A stretch of 64,000 nucleotides of DNA from Hormiphora californensis (Eukaryota > Animalia > Ctenophora): NCBI GenBank assembly GCA_020137815.1, contig CM035350.1:1364001-1428000 (forward strand), read 5' to 3'. This document shows positions 55,068 through 64,000 of this stretch, piece after piece. Both the position numbers and the translations under genes were made by a program. How positions within the stretch are numbered: position 1 is the stretch's first letter; every line of letters begins with the position of its first letter. The notes beneath the pieces are model-generated. The model ran no database searches, was not told where the DNA came from, and saw only the letters and a program-made list of their open reading frames with translations.

Positions 55068-55758
55068 ATGGCTAAAGCAGGGGAACAGTCTACACAAGGT
55101 AAGATGATGACTAATGTTCTTGTTGTTTGTAACCCTACGAAGATCTCTCTAGCTCACTCTAGTAACCATGGTTACACTACTAACATCCCCACTCTGGTTA
55201 CCATGGTAACACTTCTAACACCCCCACCCCCTTATAATAGAGGAGCTGATGGAACTATTTGAGGATATAACAGATGATAACTCAAATAACCAACGGAAAA
55301 GTTTCCTCGCTGTGCTCTATAACAATCCCCTCGTGCCGGCTGGTATGTTTTAAATCCCTTCAAAAGATCTGTTTAGTTTCTACTTGCCTTGCTCAACCCT
55401 GTCTTACTGCTCCCCGGGTTTATTTACATAACTCCAATTTCTCCACAGGCTTGGCGATAACTACTGGTTTCCTAATAAAGGCATGTAAAGCACTGAACGG
55501 GGACGCCTCTAAGTTTAATAAGGCACTGCAGGGGCGAATTCTGGCCCAATCTGTGACAGTGGGGTTGATTTGTTATGGGGCCATGTCTCTCAGAAATAAG
55601 AGCTACGAGAAACAGATACAACGTGATATGGTGACAGGTTAGTGCGCCCTTCCGTTCACTTGTTATCTGGCCTTTCTCCGGTTTTGAATTGTTTACTTGG
55701 GGCCCACTTATCAATACCTATCCCTTCAGAAATCATAATTGACCCAAAGACAAGATGA
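55068..55758 (+). CDS. HIG1-domain mitochondrial inner-membrane protein, copy 1
   Basis: NNPLVPAG|LAITTGFLIKAC...FNKALQGRILAQSVTV. Four exons. Confidence 0.75.
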
Positions 55759-55959
55759 AGGATGAAAGAAGAAGAGTGACTATTCACAGTATTATATTGA
55801 AGAACTATAAAGAGACAGAGAGCTGTTGTCCCATTGATATATTTGTACGTGATTTTGTCTAAATTATTACACCTTTTGTAAAGTTAATGTGCTCCATAAG
55901 TCCGCTTTACAATTTGTATAACATTCCCATATCTCTAGTAGTAGCAGAAGTATACAATC

Positions 55960-56984
55960 ATGTCGGAGACAGAAACCGCCAAGATCGAGCAAAACAAAGG
56001 TAAAAACTAATGGATTTATTTAAAGTTTGATATGTTTGACATCCCATAACTTTAGTTTAGTAAATGCTGTGTTAGATTGTTCTAAAGTATATCTTCCTTC
56101 TTGTAGAGGGTTTGGTGAGGCTGTTCGAAGACATAGGAGAGGAGAAGAGGGAGATATCTAGCAAACCTGGTATCTTTGTTAGCTTCGTCCGGAACCCCTT
56201 CATGATAGCAGGTACGATTTGTGAAGCTCACAATGCCCTCAAAGGATCCGCAAATTCCATCCCAAATTTCCATATAAGTAATACTTTAATATTACTTTAT
56301 CTAACTATAATCTAATGCAAATTTGCACGGAAATGTGACACCCTATCGTCAATATGACGACGTGATCCGTCAGTGTGACGACATGGTCCGTCAGTGTGAC
56401 GACGTGATTCGTAGGTATCACGTATCACACGTGTTGAGAACTGCTTGCGACTTGAGGGGTCACATCACATGTATAAAAGGGAGAGAAAGAGAGAAAAAGA
56501 GAGGGATCACATCACATAGCATATAGCAGACAGGCAGAGAAAAAACATAAAAACAGACCCCTCGATTTGCGATCGGTACGATCGCCCCAGTTTTGCTTGT
56601 TAAATTAACCGACACCTATCTCCCAGGAATTGGTTTGACGGGATACTTCATGACAAAGGGTGTAAGGGCGGTAAGCAGTGGGGAGTCTCTCAACCTGACT
56701 AAGGCTCTGCAGGGTCGAGTACTGGGACAGTTTGGAACACTGGGAGTTATTATCGGCACAGCTACCTGGTTCTTTTGGAAGGCTCCAGCACAGTTCACTG
56801 ACAAAGTGAATGAGGACCAGGCCATAATGGATCAAGGTAAATCTCTCTGAGTATTGATTACCCTGTTTTACCCCGGTAACAGTATGTTTTTCCAGTCTTT
56901 AGTCTGTCAGATATATTAATAGTATTCCTCTCAGCGGTAAAGAATTATCATGATGCCCAGAAGCGACGGAATGGGGAGTTATAG
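55960..56984 (+). CDS. HIG1-domain protein, copy 2
   Basis: RNPFMIAG|IGLTGYFM...LTKALQGRVLGQFGTL. Same exon structure as copy 1. Confidence 0.75.
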
Positions 56985-57271
56985 GAGAGACGATGATTAG
57001 TCCTGCAAAACTCCCGAGCTTAGCTCGTAAATTATTAGTAATAAATGATTTGGAGGGCCCTCCTCGAGGGCGTTGTGGACTGACGATCAAAATGAGGTAA
57101 ATTGACCACCAATAGACAATTATAAGAGGTCAGATCGTGATTTCCCTCCCATGTGTTATGATGTGACCCTACACATGGGAAAGAGAGAGTTTGTGTGAGA
57201 ACTGAGAGGATGTAAATATATATCGTGAGTTGTTGTCAGGCCATCGTCCGAGCTCAGCGACCTGAGTGAGG

Positions 57272-57776
57272 TAGTGGGAGACACTAGCGTGGTACGCGCA
57301 AAAAAATGCGCGCCACACCAATTTCGTTTTTCAAAAAACACGCAAGAAAAAACTTTTCAAGATCGACTTTTCACGTTTTGGCTCATAACTCCTGTTCCTG
57401 ATAAGATAAAGACTTCAAACCTTCACCATTCGATGGGGCTTGAAATTTCCTTTCCAACGGTATGCGAACGATTTCTGTAGCTCATCAGGAACCGGAGATA
57501 TGATCACTTATGATAATGCCGAAGGAATCTTACGCGGTTATTATCATAATTGATCATATCTCCGGTTCCTGATAAGCTACAGAAATCGTTTGCATACCGT
57601 TGGAAAGGAAATTTCAAGCCCCATCGAATGGCGAAGGTTTGAAGTCTTTATCTTATCAGGAACAGGAGTTATGAGCCAAAACGTGAAAAGTCGATCTTGA
57701 AAAGCTTTTTCTTGCGTGTTTTTTGAAAAACGAAATTGGTGTGGCGCACATTTTTTTGCGCAAGTGTCTCCCACTA
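57272..57776. mobile_element. Palindromic MITE, TAGT termini, 3-bp TSD
   Basis: agg|TAGTGGGAGACACT ... AGTGTCTCCCACTA|agg. Arms of about 240 bp. Confidence 0.85.
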
Positions 57777-58373
57777 AGGGGGCAGGACAAGATCGGGTAC
57801 CCGGCCTATTGTAAGTGTGAGTGGTATTTGAAGTGGCGAGTTGTAATGGACATTGCACAGGAACAGTGTGTGAAATCGAAAGAAGAAAGCTCCTTTTTGA
57901 TATAATTTATTATTATTTTTGATTTCCTAGTTTTTAGTGCCCACCGAGGCCGTCACCCCGTAAATCCCTGACCTAGTTTCCAGTTTTGGGCACAAGGTAC
58001 CCCGTCCTTCCCTCTCTCTCTCAACCGGTCATACGATTCCTAGTTACCTTGTGCCCAATTTGATTGAGAAATGAAAACACAGATCTCTATTCAAAAAAGA
58101 AGGGTGGATAACATCACACAGCATAATATTACCACTCAGTATATTTACAAAAGCTCACACGCAATAAAATGCAACAAATATCTTTCCTGACTCACTCACA
58201 CTTCACACACAGTTCACACTTTGTCACACACACGAATGACAAAAAGATATCGGGGGTACAAATTAAGGGATATATTAACGCATCATGTTCTCAATTTAGC
58301 GTGACTGGGAACATAAACATTGCAATAATGTCAAATAAGTAGAAAACAAACATATTACACACAGATATATACA

Positions 58374-61300
58374 TTATAAGTCCTCAAAGTCAAAAGACGG
58401 TGGTTGTTGGATTGTTGGTTTGTAGTCATCTCCTCCCCCTCCTCTCCTTTGAACCATCGGACTGAGAGGTGTAAACAAGGTGTTAGTTTCTATAAGCAAT
58501 GATTTCTAGTTTGAACAAATCCTACAACTTGCACTGGCATTGTCCTTACCCTATTCTCATTTAGGGAACAGTGCTCAGAGCATTTGCCTGACAGATCTTG
58601 CACCATTCTAATTACATTACCTGGTGGCTGGTGAGAGGATAGGAAGATTAAAGAAATCCTTTGTGATATCGTGGACGGTCTCTGTCCCAGAAGTAGTCCT
58701 GGAACCACCTGCAGACATGGCCCGGGGCGGGGGTCGATCCTGTTGCCGACTATGGGGTCGCACCACACATACCGAGGAGACAGGTCGTTCTTTCTTGGCT
58801 GGGGGTGTGGGTACTAATACCCCCTCCTCAACAACAGACCGGCTTACTCGGGCTACACGGGCTGTCGGCTCCGTAGACTGCAGACTCGTCTGAAAAAGTT
58901 GGGAGTTTTTAGAATTTCGCCTGTTATGAATAGTGAAATCGAAAGAGGGTCGGGCACACACTGGATAATTTGAAGTACCTCAGAGGATGATATAGGGTAT
59001 AGAAAATCCTCCCTATTGAAGATTGTCTCAGAAAGGGGCCGCGGGTTTTTACTGCAACCACTGTTATCCTGGATGTACGAACACGTACTGGGGGATGAGG
59101 GGATTGTGTTAGGATTGCCCTTTGGAGCTAGAGGGTGCGAGAAGTTACTTCCTCTTCAACAAAGAGTTTTAGATTTCCAGCAGCTAAAATTAAATGTTAT
59201 TGGTTCTCATATATTAGTGCGGCTAGTTACCTGAGCATCAGGGCAGCAGGGTCATCTACAGAACAGGCGGAGGGAGCCCTTTCTGACCCCCTAACAGTCA
59301 CTGCAGATCTGGGAGGCGGTGGCACAGGTCTACTATTTCCCCTTCCAACAGTATCCATACCGTCTGTACTCCAACTAGCCTTGACCGCAGAGGATGTTAT
59401 AACATGGGGTTGTTTTCCCTGCATCAGAGCACTTAGCATCTCTTTAGCAATGTAACCCTTAGCTTCTGAGAGCCTGGGAGATAGATGGGGATTGTTGGAA
59501 GAGCTGTGGAAACACAAATGGGGAGGGATATTATAATTATTATTATAATTCCGGGGTAGAAGTTCAGTTCCGAATTCATGTCAGGTCTCTAAAATGGATA
59601 TGCCCCTCTTTAAAATCTAACCGATTGTAGGATGATTTCAGGGTGAAGAGTTCGTCACATTTAGTAAGATATCTCTTCCTCAAGTCCTTGTTGTCCACTA
59701 ACAGACTGCTCAACTGGGCCGTGTATTTCTTGTCTACCTCGTGTACCTAGAAGACCGGATTCAGGATATCTGTGACAAAATGACAGGACAAATGACAAGA
59801 CAATTCAAATCACCCATTTAATACCTTGTCAAAGAAGCTGTCTTGAAGTTGTTTTAGGGCTGTTTTATGGGACGCCAGCTCGTTCATTAGCGCTCTGAGC
59901 TCCTCTTCAAGCTTCCTCTGGGCCCTTTTGTAGCAGTTCAACTGCACCTCTTGCTCCTGAGATAGAGGGAGGTTTGGTATCGAAGACACCTCACACTCCC
60001 GGGCGACCTTCGCGCGCGCTGGCAAGGGGTAACTTCGTAACCAAGGGGGAGGTAGAGTTAATCAACAAGACAAGCCCCCCCCCCCTCCTCCCCCACATAG
60101 TTTGGGCATAGTTTCACCCTGTACCTGTATAGTAAGGCGGTTATTGTCCACCTCCTCCAGATTGATCCCTTCAAAAGTCTGCAATATCTCGTCCAGTTCG
60201 TGTTGATGTTGCTGTTTAAGTAGCGCCATATCTGCCTCCATCTTCCCTCTCACCACCTCCAGTGCTGCCTCTTTCTCTCTCGTCATCTTCTCCTCTGGGG
60301 GAGTAGGATATTGAGAAAGGGTTGGTTAGAACTTCTAATAGAAGAAACGAGACTTGATAAAAGTCTGATAGAATGATGTTATTTGCAATGTACCTAGGTC
60401 TCTGATGAGTTTGGTTTTCTCAGTCTGGTGCTGTAACATCAAGTCATTTTGGAGGTCCTGTATCGCTTCCCCGTGTTGAATCTTGACCTTGTCCTGTAAA
60501 CTCTACAGTAAATTGCATGAACAAACCAGACAGATATGACTCACATCATGAGAATCTCATTGAGATACGACAAACTTTAATTGTTAATGGAAAGATACAT
60601 GACAAACATTAACAATAAACAGATACTGACCATCGTATCGACGTAATGCTGCCGATTAGAGTCGATCTCCCCTTTCAACTTTGCTGAAATGAACGAGATT
60701 TAAACTCACCCATCACCACGAGCCCTTGTCAGCGCGCGTCTACCACATGAACCAAGGGTGCTATCCCGCGCGGTCCTGCGCCGAGTGCTGACTGATTGCT
60801 TTCATTGTCTACCAGGCCTCGCGCGCTACATTTAGTCGATTCTCCTCACACGAGACTGAGATCGGGTGGTGGTTGTGAGTTTTAGTGAAGTGTGGTCTCT
60901 TTCTCAGCTCTCCCTCTCGTGTGCTGAGAGGATGCTAACAAGCATGGGGAGTGTAACGGGGGCCCCGTTCAGATTTATAATTCTGACATACACGGTGCGT
61001 TTGCATGTCGCCACCACAGCTGCTGCTCCTTCACTCTCTCTCTCACTCTGCTCCTTCACTCTCTCTCTCACTCTGCTCCTTCACTCTCTCTCACTCTGCT
61101 CCTTCACTCTCTCTCACTCTGCTCCTTCACTCTCTCTTACCTATCATGTATGCAGATTCGCAGCGCTGCATCTTCAGCTGGAAGAGAGGGATGTGAGATC
61201 GGTGGAACTGCTGTGAGACAGCACCGTATTGATAGAGAGAGAGAGAAATTAAACAATGTTCATCTCTCTACATGGCACTCCAAACAAGAATTCTTCTTGA

Positions 61301-61507
61301 GAATGCAAAAACAAAGCCAGACCTTGAGTAGCCGCACTGCAGAGCGGCCAATTTTAATTTTTACTGAAAGACACGTGACTTACAGCATCGTTCATTTTAT
61401 GTTTGAGGGTTGAGACTTCCTCATAATGGAGCTCCTTTATCTTCTTCAGCTCCTTCTTCTTTTCAGACAGTGTACTGGATAGATTCTTGTTGAACTCAAC
61501 TTGCAAC
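58374..61507 (-). CDS. Multi-exon coiled-coil protein of unknown function (5' part not resolved)
   Basis: GT-AG exons encode LQVEFNKNLSSTLSEKKKELKKIKELHYEEV, EEKMTREKEAALEVVRGKMEADMALLKQQHQHELDEIL, AQRKLEEELRALMNEL, VDNKDLRKRYLTKCDELF, then an S/P/R-rich tail ending SFDFEDL*. Confidence 0.6.
59974..60044. mobile_element. 71-bp MITE of the same family as 51401-51964
   Basis: gagggaggt|ttggtatcgaagacacct ... ggggtaacttcgtaaccaa|gggggaggt (8 of 9 TSD match). Confidence 0.7.
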
Positions 61508-62164
61508 TGGAAATGAGGAGGGGTGAGGGGGTTAGTGAGGTGATTTCAACAGGGATATATGGAATGTCAGGGGAGTTTGGACTTTTGCTGAAGTAACCAC
61601 TCCATATATGCTCATCCCCGGCCTCATAATTTATGGACCACTCTGTACAGTGCACATACCGATAATTTATCTATTTGTACCCTACCGGAAGCAACAAGCA
61701 CATATTTGACTTTCTTTGAACAATAGTATTGTGTCAGAGGCGGATTAGTGGTAGTTTTAAAGTGCACTCTGTACCGTGCATATCACTGCATATCACTACT
61801 TGCATCAAAAACTATGTTTTCTTTCTCTATCTCTCTCTCTCTCTCTCACACACAAGTCACAACAGTCCGTTTTCTTCATAAAGATCGGAAACGTGACAAG
61901 GAAAGACAGGACCCTCTCTCACCATATCCCGTTAGAACAAGACAAGAATACGCTTGACACTTGGACATCACATAACGTGACATGCAATGACAGCTGGTAC
62001 ACAATCTGTCAGTGTAATATTGTGTTTGTTCGTCTGATTTTACTGCACAACAAACCGGCTAGATAATCTCTCCTCACCTATCTCTCTCTCCTTGTCTAAT
62101 GTCTACCATCACACAGTACACTACTAATTCTTATACTATTCTCTTTCTCTCTCTCTCTCTCTCT

Positions 62165-62238
<74 letters not shown>

Positions 62239-62420
62239 TTTGCTTTGAATGTACAAAAGTAGCAATCACTCACATTCAAATTGATTGTTCGGTGCAGAAA
62301 TTCACCCCTCCAGCTTCTACTTCTAGCTAATTCTCCGTTCAAATCCAACTCTATAATCTTTGCTCACTACATCTACATCTCCTGACTATAGCACTGCTGC
62401 TCCTTATGTAGAAGCATATA

Positions 62421-63149
62421 CAGGGTGGTTCAGAAACATGGAGCCACTTTGAGATAACTAATGTGTCAATACAGTTCGCTCTCCGATGTACAGTGTAATT
62501 AGAAACGTATTTTCACAGTCTCTTGACTAGAAAAAGCGTCCCCTGAGGATTGAGATCGACAGAGAGTCACTCTTTCCTAAAAATTATCAGCCTGTCAATT
62601 GACAGGGTAACACGTTGAAATTCGGATCCGTACAATAGAGAGAGGATTGTATTTTTCCAATTTTTTCCCTGCCCGGATGAATGCCGAAGGCATTCATCCG
62701 GATGCCTTTTTACTTTGTAAAAAGGCATAGCAGGGTTGGAATTCGAAAACGACATTTTGGTATACTAACTAATCGGTAGAGGGACCATTTTGGTCACACT
62801 TTCGTTGCGAGGGGCAACCTCGCGGCGCGCGCGATCTGACACTTGCGGAGTAACATGCGCACGCACAAACAATTGAAATTTTATGAGGGGCGCGTGGCTA
62901 TAAACTGTAACGCGCGGCAAAATTTGTTTTATATCGGCCGCACGTTGTGATTGGGGAAAATGGAGAAATTGAAAAATCTGTTCTGCGTTTTATTCAAAAA
63001 TTCAAAAACACAAATCCCCATTTTGCGGACAGTTTTTTATTACTCGTTGAATGGCAAATCGAAGAGGGCAGGGAAACGTAGCATTATGGATACATAATGC
63101 AAATAATTCTTGTTATCTCCAAGTGGCTCCATGTTTCTGAACCACCCTG
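62421..63149. mobile_element. Tc1/mariner-type non-autonomous element
   Basis: ta|CAGGGTGGTTCAGAAACATGGAGCCACTT ... AAGTGGCTCCATGTTTCTGAACCACCCTG|ta. Confidence 0.9.
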
Positions 63150-63610
63150 TACATGTAATGACCACGCTAGGGAGAAGCACCCCTCAGGGCACTTGTCACA
63201 CGGCAATGAACCTATTATAGCTTTGTGCTGCTATACATTCCCAGCACACCGTTATTTTCGATTCATTATCCGCCCTCTCCATTCATCTTCGATTTCTAAA
63301 ATAATTTTTCTTACAGTTGTCTTATGTTTATTGAACATTTATTTTCTCTCCCTCCCAGTGTTCCAATTTACACACACAGAAAGTGATAATTAGCAAAATC
63401 AGAGGGTTAATTTTCTTTTCTGCCTCCTGGGAGCGGTGGCGTCAGTCTCTCCCCCTCTTCAAAATTTACAAGCCACGTGTGCCTCCCTACCGGCCACGTC
63501 CTGATGGAGCTTGGACAATTATTAATTCCTGATAATGCCAACTCAGACTTGGGCGTGTTTAGAGCGTGAGAAGAACACAGACAGCTATGTGCTTGTTGTG
63601 AGAGGGAGAG

Positions 63611-63712
<102 letters not shown>

Positions 63713-64000
63713 GGGTCAGGACTGTCTCGTATGTATGACAAGTAAAGCGTGACAGAATCGTGCAACTGTAGAGGTCTTCCCGCCAGATGCTCCTTCATGA
63801 CGTCGAAGCATCCCCCATGAATTATAAAAGATTCATGTTGAAATAAATTATTCAGGCTTGGTGTTAAATGGATGGGCCAGAAAGATTGTGACAAGTCAAC
63901 AGAGCGAGGGATAAAGTCGGATTTTTGAAGTTTTCAACCCCTTCTCGTGTACGGATTTTTTTTGTGTTCCAGAAAATCCGACTTCCCAATTCTTGAGGAA

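Noticed and set aside
57274-57858. Two similar ORFs on opposite strands (AKKCAPHQFRFSKNTQ...)
   Set aside because: They mirror the two arms of a palindromic MITE and are not genes.

Overview
Gene-dense, intron-rich animal genomic DNA with AG microsatellites and many MITEs. The style suggests an invertebrate, possibly a ctenophore, but that is inference only. Hand-spliced genes: a divergent annexin; a Cys-rich single-pass membrane protein; two tandem intronless GH35 beta-galactosidases; an 83-aa secreted peptide-precursor-like gene; a STE20/Hippo-like pseudokinase with three SARAH-like helices; a CIB-family EF-hand protein; a tightly packed + strand run (TMPPE-like, p24/TMED9, PhyH-like dioxygenase, ATG10, two HIG1-domain genes); and a partial coiled-coil gene. 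The centrepiece (about 13.7-27.0 kb) is a retroelement composite with two reverse transcriptases and two endonuclease types. An APE-type LINE (PHD+CCCH ORF1, APE-RT ORF2) ends in a stem-loop and (GACTACAA)3 tail, and one base later comes the ATG of a CRE-clade PHD-RT-CCHC-RLE ORF. The junction plus the CRE ORF is repeated in a near-identical 4.45-kb second copy. Both APE LINEs in the window have in-phase -1 slippery heptamers linking ORF1 to ORF2. Scattered 1-bp indels in otherwise intact genes suggest consensus errors, so pseudogene calls are tentative.
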